Source: an uncultured Clostridia bacterium (GTDB lineage Bacteria > Bacillota > Clostridia > Christensenellales > CAG-917). From it: a stretch of DNA of 43,356 nt. The notes beneath the pieces were generated by a model, which saw only the letters and a program-made list of their open reading frames with translations, ran no database searches and was not told the origin of the DNA. The stretch's first letter is position 1. Every line of letters begins with the position of its first letter. The stretch covers positions 1-43,356 of the forward strand of contig CANQZE010000002.1 in the NCBI GenBank assembly GCA_947628255.1, read 5' to 3'. Below, piece by piece: positions 17,126-30,755 of this stretch. Both the position numbers and the translations under genes were made by a program.

Positions 17126-19382
17126 AGCCTCCCCCTTGCAGCTCATCCTCGATAAGATTTATGAGCAACGAATATCTTTTTGCGGTCTGGTTGTTGCGGA
17201 CCATACGTTGCACCGTGGCTTTCGACCCCGAGATGACCACAAGTTTTTTCGCCCTTGTCACCGCCGTGTAGAGCAGGTTGCGCGTCTGCAAAAGATAGTT
17301 GCTGTCAAGCGCTACGACCACGGCGTCAAACTCGCTTCCCTGCGATTTGTGAATGGTGATGGCGTACGCGAGCGAAAGCTGATCTATGTCGCCATATTGA
17401 TAAATCGACACTTTATCGTCGTCAAAACGCACGGTAAACTGCATTATCTGCACATTTATGCTTTCGATCACGCCTATGTCGCCGTTGAAAACTCCCGTGC
17501 CGCGCTCTATGCGCCCGCCGAGATTCTGCGACCACTCCTGCTGATAATTGTTGACCGTCTGCATCACCTTATCCCCTTCTCTGAAAAGCACGTCTCCCTT
17601 TTTCAGTTCCTTTTTGGAAGGCGACGCGGGATTGACGAGTTTTTGCAATTCGCGGTTGAGGTTGATGGTGCCTGCAAAACTGCGCTTCATCGGACAAAGC
17701 ACCTGAATGTCCTTGGGTTCTATGCCGAGATACTTCGGCAAGCGCTTCGTGACGAGCGCGAGCGTGCTTTGGCAGATCGCCTCGCTTGTGTCCTTCTCCT
17801 CAAAGAAGAAGTCGTCGCTTTTGTTGTCGAGATCGGGCATTTCCCCGCGGTTGATCCTGTGGGCGTTGGGGACGATCTTGCTCTTTTCGGATTGCCTGTA
17901 TATCTGCGTGAGATAGCTCACCGAAAAATGTCCGCACTTGATGAGGTCGCCCAGCACGTTGCCCGCGCCGACCGACGCAAGTTGATCCTTGTCGCCGACA
18001 AGCACAAGCCTTGCGCCTCTCTCAAGCGCGCCCAAAAGCGCGCAGAACACATATTCGTCCACCATACTGACTTCGTCCACGATGACGACGTCCAGCGGCA
18101 GGCGTTTGCTCTCGTTGAAGGAGAAGTGACCCTCTCCGTTTTTCCAATCGAGGTCAAGCATACGGTGGATGGTCTTTGCCTCCTCTCCCGTCGCTTGGCT
18201 GAGTCGCTTGGCGGCTCTTCCCGTGGGAGCGCACAACGCCACGCGTTGTCCGAGATTTTTGAACACTCTGAGGATGCACTTGACGATCGTCGTTTTGCCC
18301 GTGCCGGGGCCGCCCGTCACGATATGCACGCCGTTTTCGATGGACGCGCGCACCGCGTCTTTCTGTTTGGGATGCAACTCGAAGCCCGCTTCCTTCTCGA
18401 ATCTGCCAACTTCAAAATCGACGTTCACTCTGAAATCTGACGCTTCGCTCCTCAGTCTGAGGAGGCGTTTTGCGATCGACTTTTCAATCTGAAAATTCTT
18501 TTTCAGCGTTACGGCGATATGCTCGCCCGCGTCATAGCGCACCAGCTCTCCGAGCAGGATCATATCTTCAAGCACGTCTCTGACGTTGCCCTCGCCCTCT
18601 TCGAGGCCGAGCAGTGTGCGCGCCGTTTCGACAAGCTCATCTTCGGGAAGATAGTTGTGTCCCGCTCTCACGGAGACGTCCTTCAGCACATAGGTTATCG
18701 CAGCGCCTACTCTGAAATTGCTGTCGCGGTCTATGCCCAACTCCGACGCGATTCTGTCCGCTGTGGCAAAACCGACGCCGTCGATGTCGTCCACAAGCAT
18801 ATACGGATTTTTGCGGACGTTGTCCACCGTCTTTTCCTCGTATATCTTGTAGATCCTGAGCGCCATATTGATGGAGATGCCGAGATCCTGCAAAAACATA
18901 ATTGCGTCCTGCATCTTCTGCAATCTGACGTATCCCATCCCGAATTCCGTCGCCTTTTTGAGGGAGATCCCGCGCACTTTGGCAAGCTCGAAAGGATATT
19001 TCATCATCTCGAGGCTGTCCACGCCGAAACGCGAGACGATGGCTTCCGCCGTAACGGGACCCAGCCCGTAGATCAAGCCGCTTGAGAGGAATTTTTTTAT
19101 GCCGTCCAGCCTGGACGGTTGAGAAACTTTGATCTTTTCCGCGACAAATTGTCTGCCGTACAGCGTCTTTTGTTGAAATTTGCCCTCGACTTCGACGTTC
19201 ATCCCTTCGCTCACGGGAGGGAAGAGTCCGACAACGGTGAACACGCCGTCCTCGCTTCTCACGTCAAGCACGGTGTATCCCGTTTCGGGGCTTTGGAATA
19301 TTACGCTTTTGATCTCGCCTTTAAGAAGCATATCCTCTCTTTGGTCGGCGTCGGAGCGCTCGATATGGGCGTTTCCGCGCAC
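17115..19382 (-). CDS. recD2: ATP-dependent RecD2-like SF1B DNA helicase
   Basis: 755 aa. N-terminus LKGEIKSVIFQSPETGYTVL, HhH region, Walker A VTGGPGTGKTT, LVGDKDQLASVGAGNV, and the C-terminal AITIHKSQGSEFDAVVV. The start is either GTG at 19382 or ATG at 19331; neither has an ideal SD. Confidence 0.9.
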   Translation of the reverse strand: MRGNAHIERSDADQREDMLLKGEIKSVIFQSPETGYTVLDVRSEDGVFTVVGLFPPVSEGMNVEVEGKFQQKTLYGRQFVAEKIKVSQPSRLDGIKKFLSSGLIYGLGPVTAEAIVSRFGVDSLEMMKYPFELAKVRGISLKKATEFGMGYVRLQKMQDAIMFLQDLGISINMALRIYKIYEEKTVDNVRKNPYMLVDDIDGVGFATADRIASELGIDRDSNFRVGAAITYVLKDVSVRAGHNYLPEDELVETARTLLGLEEGEGNVRDVLEDMILLGELVRYDAGEHIAVTLKKNFQIEKSIAKRLLRLRSEASDFRVNVDFEVGRFEKEAGFELHPKQKDAVRASIENGVHIVTGGPGTGKTTIVKCILRVFKNLGQRVALCAPTGRAAKRLSQATGEEAKTIHRMLDLDWKNGEGHFSFNESKRLPLDVVIVDEVSMVDEYVFCALLGALERGARLVLVGDKDQLASVGAGNVLGDLIKCGHFSVSYLTQIYRQSEKSKIVPNAHRINRGEMPDLDNKSDDFFFEEKDTSEAICQSTLALVTKRLPKYLGIEPKDIQVLCPMKRSFAGTINLNRELQKLVNPASPSKKELKKGDVLFREGDKVMQTVNNYQQEWSQNLGGRIERGTGVFNGDIGVIESINVQIMQFTVRFDDDKVSIYQYGDIDQLSLAYAITIHKSQGSEFDAVVVALDSNYLLQTRNLLYTAVTRAKKLVVISGSKATVQRMVRNNQTAKRYSLLINLIEDELQGGGYDD

Positions 19383-19394
19383 CCGTTGCGGGTA

Positions 19395-19421
19395 TAAAAA
19401 ACGGCAGTATTACCCTGCCGT
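19395..19421 (-). terminator. Rho-independent terminator after metK
   Basis: Minus-strand RNA ACGGCAG-GGUAAUA-CUGCCGU followed by UUUUUUA, 15 nt downstream of the metK stop. Confidence 0.7.
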
Positions 19422-19435
19422 CTTTGCCGGTTCAT

Positions 19436-20620
19436 TCAAAAGTTGTATTTGCTCAATTCCTCTTGAAGCTGTTCGACTTTGTCCGTCATCTCCCAAGAGA
19501 AGCCCTCTCTGCCGAAATGACCGTAATTCGATGTGCGTCTATAGATGGGGCGGTCGAGTTTGAGCGCGTCGATGATGGCAAGCGGCCTCAAATCGAACAC
19601 GTCCTGCACGATCTTGACGATCGTCTCGTCGTCGACTTTGCCCGTCCCGAACGTGTCGACATATATCGACACGGGGTGAGACATCCCGATCGCATAGGCA
19701 AGTTGCAACTCCACCTTTTTGCAAATCCCCGCCGCAACAAGATTCTTGCAGACGTAACGCGCCATATAGCAAGCGCTTCTGTCCACTTTGGTCGGGTCCT
19801 TGCCGCTGAAAGCGCCGCCGCCGTGCGGGCAAAAACCGCCGTAGGTGTCCACAATGATCTTGCGCCCCGTGACGCCGCTGTCTCCCGCAGGACCGCCTAT
19901 GACGAAACGCCCTGTCGGATTGATGTAAAACTTCGTGTCGTCGTCGATAAGCTCCGACGGAATGGACGGAGAGATGACTTTGTCGATGATCTCGCGCTCT
20001 ATCTCGTCAAGCTCGACTTCCTCGGAGTGCTGGCAGCTGACGACCACCGTATCCACGCGCTTGGGCGCGCCGTTTTCGTACTCGACTGTGACCTGCGCCT
20101 TGCCGTCCGGCCGCAACCACTTGAGCAATCCGAGCTTTCTGACCTCGGTCAGCCTGCGCGTGAGCGCGTGAGCGAGCATAATGGGCATCGGCATAAGCTC
20201 GGGAGTCTCGTCCGTCGCATATCCGAACATCATCCCCTGATCGCCCGCGCCTCTGAGGTCATAATCGTCGTTGCTGTCCGCGTCGGACGCAGAATCCACG
20301 CCCTGCGCTATGTCCTTTGACTGCTCGTCGATGGACGAAAGGACGGCGCAAGTCTTAAAGTCGAAACCGAGCGAGCTGTCGTTGTAGCCGATGTCCTCGA
20401 TCACGTCGCGCACTATCGCGGGAATGTCCGAGTAGTGCGTGTCCGCGGAGACCTCACCGAACACCATCACGACGCCCGTCGTCGCGCAAACTTCGATGGC
20501 AACGCGCGCGGAAGGTTCTGCGGCAATGATATCGTCAAGGATCGCGTCTGCGATCTGATCGCACACCTTGTCGGGATGCCCCTCCGTCACGCTTTCGGAT
20601 GTGAAAAATTTCTTTTCCAT
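19436..20620 (-). CDS. metK: S-adenosylmethionine synthase
   Basis: Trimmed to [25 protein letters not shown] (ATG at 20620, GAGGA upstream). Also [12 protein letters not shown] and [16 protein letters not shown]. The longer track ORF would overlap the rpoC stop region. Confidence 0.95.
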   Translation of the reverse strand: MEKKFFTSESVTEGHPDKVCDQIADAILDDIIAAEPSARVAIEVCATTGVVMVFGEVSADTHYSDIPAIVRDVIEDIGYNDSSLGFDFKTCAVLSSIDEQSKDIAQGVDSASDADSNDDYDLRGAGDQGMMFGYATDETPELMPMPIMLAHALTRRLTEVRKLGLLKWLRPDGKAQVTVEYENGAPKRVDTVVVSCQHSEEVELDEIEREIIDKVISPSIPSELIDDDTKFYINPTGRFVIGGPAGDSGVTGRKIIVDTYGGFCPHGGGAFSGKDPTKVDRSACYMARYVCKNLVAAGICKKVELQLAYAIGMSHPVSIYVDTFGTGKVDDETIVKIVQDVFDLRPLAIIDALKLDRPIYRRTSNYGHFGREGFSWEMTDKVEQLQEELSKYNF

Positions 20621-20636
20621 TTGGTTTGATCCTCTA

Positions 20637-24506
<3,870 letters not shown>

Positions 24507-24518
24507 ACTCTTTCTCCT

Positions 24519-27500
24519 TTATTCCTCGTCGGAATTGTCGTCCGACGGGGTGCCGAACAGCTCGCTCAGATCGGTCGTACCCTCTGTCAGGGAGCTGAAA
24601 TAATCCTCATCGTCGTCGCTGTCAAACATACTGTCGTTGCCCTTGCCGCCGTCGGCGAGCGATCCGAAGAAGTCCTCGGTCGTCGTCTTGAAGCCTTCGC
24701 CGCCGAGAATGTCCACTTCCTTGAGTTCGGGCGCTCTTCTCACAGGCTCGAAGTCGTTGTCGTCGTCGGAATAATCTCTCAGTTTGATCTCATCGCGATC
24801 TTCCGTGAGGACCTTGACGTCGAGCGCAAGACTCTTAAGTTCCTTGACAAGCACCTTGAAGGACTCGGGAATGCCGGGTTCGGACACGTTGTTGCCTTTG
24901 ACGATAGACTCGTAGGTCTTGACTCTGCCGACGACGTCGTCCGACTTGACAGTCAGGATCTCCTGCAACATATTCGCCGCGCCGTACGCCTCGAGCGCCC
25001 AGACTTCCATCTCGCCGAAACGCTGTCCGCCGAACTGCGCTTTGCCGCCCAAAGGTTGTTGCGTGACCAAGCTGTAGGGGCCCGTGGACCTCGCGTGAAT
25101 CTTGTCGTCGACAAGATGATGCAGTTTGAGATAGTACATATATCCGACGGTCGCGCGGTTTTCGAAAGGTTCGCCCGTTCTTCCGTCGTACAGCTGGATC
25201 TTGCCGTCCACTTCACCGTTTTCGTTGACGATGCCGTATTGCTGGAACAGCGCCTTGATGTCCTGCTCGTTCGCGCCGTCGAAAACGGGGGTCGCGATCT
25301 TCCAATCGAGCATATGGGCGATAAGCCCGAGGTGGACTTCAAGCACCTGTCCTATGTTCATACGCGAAGGCACGCCGAGAGGATTGAGAACGATCTGCAA
25401 CGGTGTGCCGTCCGCCATAAACGGCATATCCTCTTTGGGAAGCACGCGGCTGACGACGCCCTTGTTGCCGTGACGGCCCGCCATCTTGTCGCCGACGGAG
25501 ATCTTCCTCTTCTGAGCGATGTAGACGCGCACCAACTTGTTGACGCCGGGAGCAAGCTCGTCCTTGTTGCGCCTTGTGAACTGCTTGACGTCGACGACGA
25601 TGCCGCTCTCGCCGTTGGGAACTCTCAGCGACGTGTCGCGGACTTCTCTCGCCTTCTCGCCGAATATTGCTCTGAGTAGTCTCTCCTCGGGAGTGAGTTC
25701 GGTCTCGCCCTTCGGGGTGACCTTGCCGACGAGGATGTCGCCCGCCTTGACTTCGGCGCCGACTCTGACAATGCCGTCGTCGTCGAGATTTCTGAGCGCT
25801 TCGTCGCTCAAGTTGGGAATATCTCTTGTGATCTGCTCTTCGCCGAGCTTCGTATCGCGGCACTCGATCTCGTACTCCTCGATATGTATCGAAGTGTAGA
25901 GGTCGTCGCGTACAAGCTCCTCGCTGATGAGGACGGCGTCCTCATAGTTGTAGCCTTCCCAGCTCATAAAGCCGATGAGCATATTTCTGCCGAGCGCCAG
26001 CTCGCCTTGGTCGCACGCGGGACCGTCCGCAAGCACCGTGCCTTCCTCAAGCAGGTTGCCCTTCTCGTCGTACTTGGGACCGAAAACTCTGTCGCCCTTG
26101 TTTACGATGGGATGCTGATTGATGCAGGTGGATTGGTTGGAGCGCTCGAATTTGCTGAGCGTGTAGGTCTCCTCCGTGCCGTCGTCGCAAGCGATGATGA
26201 TGTTGTCGCTGTCGACATATTTGACATAGCCGTCCTTATGCGCGATCTTCAGCACGCCGCTGTCGTAGGCGATCTTGTGTTCGACGCCGGTCGCGATCAT
26301 AGGAGCCTGCGGCTTGAGAAGAGGCACTGCCTGTCTCTGCATATTCGAACCCATCAACGCGCGGTTTGTATCGTCGTTTTCAAGGAAGGGAATGAGCGCC
26401 GTCGCGATGGATATGAGCTGTTTGGGGTTGACGTCCATATAGTCCGCCATAAGTTTGGGAACCTCGCGGATGTCCTTCTTGATGCGGCAATTGACGCGGT
26501 TTCTCACGAAGCGGCTTGTCTCGTCCAGCTCCTCGTTTGCCTGCGCGATGATGTATTTGTCCTCTTCATCCGCCGCCATATAGACGACTTCGTCCGTGAC
26601 ATAGCTGTCAATGACTTTGCCGTTTTCGTCTTTGATCTTCTCTATCCTTCTGTACGGAGTCTCGATAAAGCCGTATTCGTTGACCTTCGCATAGCTGGAA
26701 AGAGAGGTGATAAGGCCGATGTTCTGTCCTTCTGGAGTCTCGATAGGACACATACGCCCATAGTGAGAGTGGTGAACGTCGCGCACTTCGAAGCTGGCGC
26801 GCTCTCTGTTGAGACCGCCGGGGCCGAGAGCGGAGAGTTTCCTCTTGTGAGTAAGCTCCGCAATGGGGTTGGGCTGATCCATAAATTGGGACAGCTGCGA
26901 AGAGCCGAAGAACTCCTTAATCGCGCTCGTCACGGGGCGGATGTTGATGAGGGTCTGCGGCGTGATCTCCGCATTCTCCTGCGCGGAAGCCATCCTCTCG
27001 CGGATGACTCTCTCGAGACGGGAGATGCCGATGCGGAATTGATTTTGAAGGAGTTCGCCCACGGCGCGCACGCGACGGTTTGAAAGATGGTCGATGTCGT
27101 CAAGCGTGCCGAAGCCGTATCTCAATCCGAGATTGTAGTTGGTGACGGCGACGATGTCGTCGTGAGTGATGTGCTTGTACACAAGCTCGTCCCTGCTCGC
27201 CTTGATGGCGTATTTCAGCTCCTGCGTGTTGTCGCCGAATTGCTTGATGAGCGCGAACAGGTTGGGAAGATAAACTTTTTCGAGAATGCCAAGCTCGCGA
27301 GGATCGCAATCCACAAAAGCGTTGAGATCCGCCGTGTTGTTGCCGATCATCTTGAAGGTCTTCTTTTTGCCGTCCTTGTCGACGTATTCGACAAAAGCCT
27401 CGTTGATGCCCGCGTTTTGGATCTTCTTGCCCTTTTCCTCGGTGATCGTCTCACCCTTTGCGGCAACGATCTCGCCCGTGACGGGATTGACGAGTTTTTC

Positions 27501-28379
27501 CGTCAGCTTGCAGCCAACCAGACGCGTGCCGATGGCGAGCTTTTTGTTGTATTTGTAACGCCCGACTCTTGCGAGGTCATAGCGTTTATAATCGTCAAAC
27601 AGATTGTGGATGAGAACGTTTGCGCCTTCCACTGTGGGAACTTCGCCCGGACGCATACGACGGAACAGATCGATCTTGCCCTGTTCTTCCGTCTTTGCCG
27701 TGTCCTTGTCGCAGGTGTTCTTTATCATCGGATCGCCGCCGAACAGCTCGAGCAATTCCTCATCCGTGCCGTAGCCGAGCGCGCGCAAAAGCGTGGTGGC
27801 GGGGATCTTCCTCATCCTGTCGACATGCACCCACTGCACGTCGTTGGAATCCTGCTCGTATTCGAGCCAGGCGCCGCGGTTGGGAATGACGGTGGTGGCA
27901 TAGCGAGGAACGCCGTTTTTGTCAAGCACTCTGTCGTTGTAGACGCCGGGGCTTCTGACAAGCTGGCTGACGATGACGCGCTCCGCGCCGTTGATGACAA
28001 ACGAACCCGCTTCCGTCATCAGAGGGAAATCTCCCATAAAGACTTCCTGCTCGACAACTTCGCCGGTCTCCTTGTTCGTGAGGCGCGTCTTAACCTTGAG
28101 AGGCACCGCATAAGTTGCGTCGCGATCCTTGCACTCCTTGACGGAATACTTCGGCTCGCCGTCGAACCTGTGAGAGAGGAACTCGAGTTCGAGCTTTTGC
28201 GAGAAGTCCGAAATGGGAGAATAATCTTGGAAAACCTCGTCGATCCCCTCGTGAATGAAGCTCTGATAGGAGTTCTTCTGCACTTCGATAAGATACGGTA
28301 TGGGCAGAACGTTTTTGATTCTGGAAAAATCGCGTCTTTCTGTCTTGCCGTACATCTGGTTGTGAATTCTTTGGGCCAT
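24519..28379 (-). CDS. rpoB: DNA-directed RNA polymerase subunit beta, with an ~84-aa acidic C-terminal extension
   Basis: Trimmed to [12 protein letters not shown] (ATG at 28379, AAGGAG 7 nt upstream). Conserved blocks include [50 protein letters not shown] and [46 protein letters not shown]. Confidence 0.97.
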   Translation of the reverse strand: MAQRIHNQMYGKTERRDFSRIKNVLPIPYLIEVQKNSYQSFIHEGIDEVFQDYSPISDFSQKLELEFLSHRFDGEPKYSVKECKDRDATYAVPLKVKTRLTNKETGEVVEQEVFMGDFPLMTEAGSFVINGAERVIVSQLVRSPGVYNDRVLDKNGVPRYATTVIPNRGAWLEYEQDSNDVQWVHVDRMRKIPATTLLRALGYGTDEELLELFGGDPMIKNTCDKDTAKTEEQGKIDLFRRMRPGEVPTVEGANVLIHNLFDDYKRYDLARVGRYKYNKKLAIGTRLVGCKLTEKLVNPVTGEIVAAKGETITEEKGKKIQNAGINEAFVEYVDKDGKKKTFKMIGNNTADLNAFVDCDPRELGILEKVYLPNLFALIKQFGDNTQELKYAIKASRDELVYKHITHDDIVAVTNYNLGLRYGFGTLDDIDHLSNRRVRAVGELLQNQFRIGISRLERVIRERMASAQENAEITPQTLINIRPVTSAIKEFFGSSQLSQFMDQPNPIAELTHKRKLSALGPGGLNRERASFEVRDVHHSHYGRMCPIETPEGQNIGLITSLSSYAKVNEYGFIETPYRRIEKIKDENGKVIDSYVTDEVVYMAADEEDKYIIAQANEELDETSRFVRNRVNCRIKKDIREVPKLMADYMDVNPKQLISIATALIPFLENDDTNRALMGSNMQRQAVPLLKPQAPMIATGVEHKIAYDSGVLKIAHKDGYVKYVDSDNIIIACDDGTEETYTLSKFERSNQSTCINQHPIVNKGDRVFGPKYDEKGNLLEEGTVLADGPACDQGELALGRNMLIGFMSWEGYNYEDAVLISEELVRDDLYTSIHIEEYEIECRDTKLGEEQITRDIPNLSDEALRNLDDDGIVRVGAEVKAGDILVGKVTPKGETELTPEERLLRAIFGEKAREVRDTSLRVPNGESGIVVDVKQFTRRNKDELAPGVNKLVRVYIAQKRKISVGDKMAGRHGNKGVVSRVLPKEDMPFMADGTPLQIVLNPLGVPSRMNIGQVLEVHLGLIAHMLDWKIATPVFDGANEQDIKALFQQYGIVNENGEVDGKIQLYDGRTGEPFENRATVGYMYYLKLHHLVDDKIHARSTGPYSLVTQQPLGGKAQFGGQRFGEMEVWALEAYGAANMLQEILTVKSDDVVGRVKTYESIVKGNNVSEPGIPESFKVLVKELKSLALDVKVLTEDRDEIKLRDYSDDDNDFEPVRRAPELKEVDILGGEGFKTTTEDFFGSLADGGKGNDSMFDSDDDEDYFSSLTEGTTDLSELFGTPSDDNSDEE

Positions 28380-28538
28380 ATATTCACTCCTTAAAAAAAT
28401 TCGGATTTTGCTCGGGCGACCCTGCTTCGCCCTTGATTTTTTGTTTTGATTGATGTACAATAGCGCTGTTCTTATAACCCCCTACCCCCAAAACAAGCGC
28501 TTTTGGGGGCAGGAATAAGTATTATTGCGCAGTTTTCC

Positions 28539-28567
28539 ATTATAAACGACTTTGTCAACCCTGTCAA
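28539..28567 (-). promoter_or_regulatory. Consensus sigma-A type promoter for rpoB-rpoC(-metK)
   Basis: Minus strand: TTGACA (28562-28567), a 17-nt spacer, then TATAAT (28539-28544). A second TTGACA sits at 28553-28558, and an AT-rich UP-like tract lies upstream (28570-28612). The predicted leader is about 150 nt. Confidence 0.6.
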
Positions 28568-28614
28568 GGAAAATTTTGTAAATTTGTAAATTATTATAAA
28601 GAAAAATATTTATC

Positions 28615-28644
28615 TTTACAAGACGTTTCGATTTCGGCTATAAT
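28615..28644 (+). promoter_or_regulatory. Promoter positioned for a leaderless rqcP-ispDF transcript
   Basis: TTTACA (28615-28620), an 18-nt spacer, then TATAAT (28639-28644). The ATG at 28651 follows 6 nt after the -10 box and there is no SD. Confidence 0.5.
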
Positions 28645-28650
28645 CGTCGT

Positions 28651-28905
28651 ATGAGAATAGACAAATTTTTGAAAATTTCAAGGGTCATCAAGCGCCGCAC
28701 CGTCGCGCAGGAAGCCTGCGACGGAGGGCATATCGAGATCAACGGCAGGGTGGCAAAACCCGCCAAAGACGTCAAGATCGGCGACGTTGTCAAGATCACG
28801 TTCGGGGGTCGCAGTATGACATTCGAGATCCTCGACGTCGGCGAAAAACAAACGAAACAGTCCGCCGAGAATATGTATCGGCTGATCGAGGGGGAAGAAC
28901 TGTGA
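28651..28905 (+). CDS. rqcP: S4-domain RNA-binding protein, Hsp15/YabO (RqcP)-like
   Basis: 84 aa: MRIDKFLKISRVIKRRTVAQEACDGGHIEINGRVAKPAKDVKIGDVV. This closely recalls the small YabO/RqcP-type S4 proteins of Bacillota. Its stop overlaps the ispDF GTG start (GTGA). Confidence 0.7.
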   Translation: MRIDKFLKISRVIKRRTVAQEACDGGHIEINGRVAKPAKDVKIGDVVKITFGGRSMTFEILDVGEKQTKQSAENMYRLIEGEEL

Positions 28906-30008
28906 AGATAGGCGTCATCATCGCCGCGGGCGGCACGAGCCAACGTTACGGCGAGAAAAACAAACTGTTTGAGAAGGCGGGGACAAGTTGCGTATTGATC
29001 GAAGCGATCAAACCTTTCCTCTCCGTTGACGGGGTGAGCCGCGTGCTTGTCGGGATACATCCCTCGTATTCGGACGAATTGCTCGTCGCGCTTGACAACG
29101 AGAAGATCTCCGACAGCCGCGTCGCGATCGTAGCAGGCGGCGACACTCGCACGGAGACCGTCAAAAACGCCGTGTCCGCCCTGCCCGAGGATATCGACGT
29201 CGTACTTGTTCACGACGGAGCGCGCCCTTATGTGAGCCGCGATCTCATCCTCAAAACGCTTGACGCGCTCAAGGACGCGGACGCCGCTGTCGTCGCGATC
29301 CCGCCCGTGGACGCGATGATCAGACTCAAGGATCTCAAACCCTTGGACCGCGCGAAGTTCGGGCTTGTGCAGACCCCGTTCGCCTGCAAACGCGATATAT
29401 TTGAAAGAGCGTACAAAAATGCAAAAAAGGCATTTTATGACGACATTTCGGTTGTAAAAACTGTCAATAATGTCAAAATCGCCTATGTGAAGGGAGAGGC
29501 GCAAAACAAAAAAATCACACTTCCTTCTGACCTCGAAGAGCCTCTTGTCGGATGCGGATACGACATCCATCGACTGGAAGCGGGAGAAGGCGTGACGCTG
29601 TGCGGAGTGCATATCCCCTGCCCATACAATACGGTCGCTCACAGCGACGGAGACGTGCCTGTCCACGCGCTTATGGACGCCATTCTGACAGCCGTCGGCG
29701 AGCGCGACATCGGGCATTTCTTCCCCGTGGACGACCCCGCCTACGACGGCGCGGACAGCCTCGAACTGTTGAAAAAAACACTGGACGTCGCAAGGCAATA
29801 CGGCAAAGCGCCAAGCAATGTTTCCATCACAATCATCGCGGAAAAACCTCTGCTCGCGCCCCACATTTTGAATATGAAAAAAGCGCTCTCTCCAATACTC
29901 GGCGTCCCGATTGAGCGCATTGGCATAAGCGCCACCACCAACGAGCAAGTCGGCGACATAGGCTCCGGAAACGCCATCGCCGCGTTTGCTACGGCGCTGT
30001 TAAAATAA
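28902..30008 (+). CDS. ispDF: Bifunctional IspD/IspF: 2-C-methyl-D-erythritol 4-phosphate cytidylyltransferase / 2-C-methyl-D-erythritol 2,4-cyclodiphosphate synthase
   Basis: 368 aa. IspD N-terminus IIAAGGTSQRYG...LVHDGARPYV. IspF C-terminus GCGYDIHRL...AHSDGDVPVHALMDAILTAVGERDIGHFFP...ISATTNEQVGDIG. GTG start with GAGGGGGA upstream. Confidence 0.9.
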   Translation: MKIGVIIAAGGTSQRYGEKNKLFEKAGTSCVLIEAIKPFLSVDGVSRVLVGIHPSYSDELLVALDNEKISDSRVAIVAGGDTRTETVKNAVSALPEDIDVVLVHDGARPYVSRDLILKTLDALKDADAAVVAIPPVDAMIRLKDLKPLDRAKFGLVQTPFACKRDIFERAYKNAKKAFYDDISVVKTVNNVKIAYVKGEAQNKKITLPSDLEEPLVGCGYDIHRLEAGEGVTLCGVHIPCPYNTVAHSDGDVPVHALMDAILTAVGERDIGHFFPVDDPAYDGADSLELLKKTLDVARQYGKAPSNVSITIIAEKPLLAPHILNMKKALSPILGVPIERIGISATTNEQVGDIGSGNAIAAFATALLK

Positions 30009-30043
30009 CCACCTAGGCTATGTGCCTGATTCCATCATTCTGC

Positions 30044-30076
30044 AGTGACATCGACAACAATGTTGTCGATGTCACT
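30044..30076 (+). terminator. Perfect 15-bp-stem palindrome after ispDF (possible terminator)
   Basis: AGTGACATCGACAAC-AAT-GTTGTCGATGTCACT, 36 nt after the ispDF stop, followed only by TTAT. The weak U-tract keeps the terminator function uncertain. Confidence 0.45.
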
Positions 30077-30088
30077 TTATGATGAAGA

Positions 30089-30154
30089 TCTTATTGATAA
30101 AATGCAGACCTTGTTGAGATATAGGTCTTGTTGATTTGACGCAGACCTTGTTGA
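30089..30154. repeat. Four direct repeats of YCTTRTTGA at 20/17/20-nt spacing
   Basis: TCTTATTGA (30089-30097), CCTTGTTGA (30109-30117), TCTTGTTGA (30126-30134) and CCTTGTTGA (30146-30154). Copies 2 and 4 are part of an identical 14-mer, GCAGACCTTGTTGA (30104-30117 and 30141-30154). The array lies in a convergent intergenic region. Confidence 0.7.
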
Positions 30155-30253
30155 CCGGGCGTAAAAGGGGTGTAGCCGATCAAATCGAAAACGCCTTGTG
30201 ATCCTAAAAGGATATACGCCCTTACTTTTGAAAGATATTGCCTCTGTCCGCGC

Positions 30254-30712
30254 TTACATTGCGTCTTCTATTGCGTCGCGATCGCCAACGAACACTAAAT
30301 TTCCCTTTTGCTGAACTATCTGCGATTCAGAATATGACCCTTGATAATCTTCATATATTTCTTCTGTGAAATTGTCATATGCCTCATCGGCAGCCTTTTT
30401 TGTCTTGTACTTAAAGATGGTCACGCTATATTCATCTTTTCTATCGTATCTGCCATATTCTATCCTGTATGCCGAAAGAACCCACTCTATTTGGTATTCA
30501 TAGGATCCTTCAGACAGACCGTCGGGAATTTCCACATATGAGGGAGTATAGATATCATCTTCGTATCTTGACACAGTGACATGGTATCCCTTCTTTGCAA
30601 GCTTGGACGCATAGTTTGACGCGCCGTTGCACGCGACGAGGCAAGCTCCCAATATCGCGACAAGCGCTATGACGGCAACTATTCCGAATATTCTCTTTCT
30701 GTTTGTTTTCAT
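30254..30712 (-). CDS. Small lipoprotein of unknown function
   Basis: MKTNRKRIFGIVAVIALVAILGACLVAC, a signal peptide plus lipobox LVAC. GGAGG lies 8 nt upstream of the ATG at 30712; the track start at 30727 is a TTG inside that SD. It is the last gene of the zinc-ribbon/DUF898 operon. Confidence 0.7.
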   Translation of the reverse strand: MKTNRKRIFGIVAVIALVAILGACLVACNGASNYASKLAKKGYHVTVSRYEDDIYTPSYVEIPDGLSEGSYEYQIEWVLSAYRIEYGRYDRKDEYSVTIFKYKTKKAADEAYDNFTEEIYEDYQGSYSESQIVQQKGNLVFVGDRDAIEDAM

Positions 30713-30755
30713 TGTTTTTTCCTCCAATAATTTGAATTATTTATCATTTGGATTT

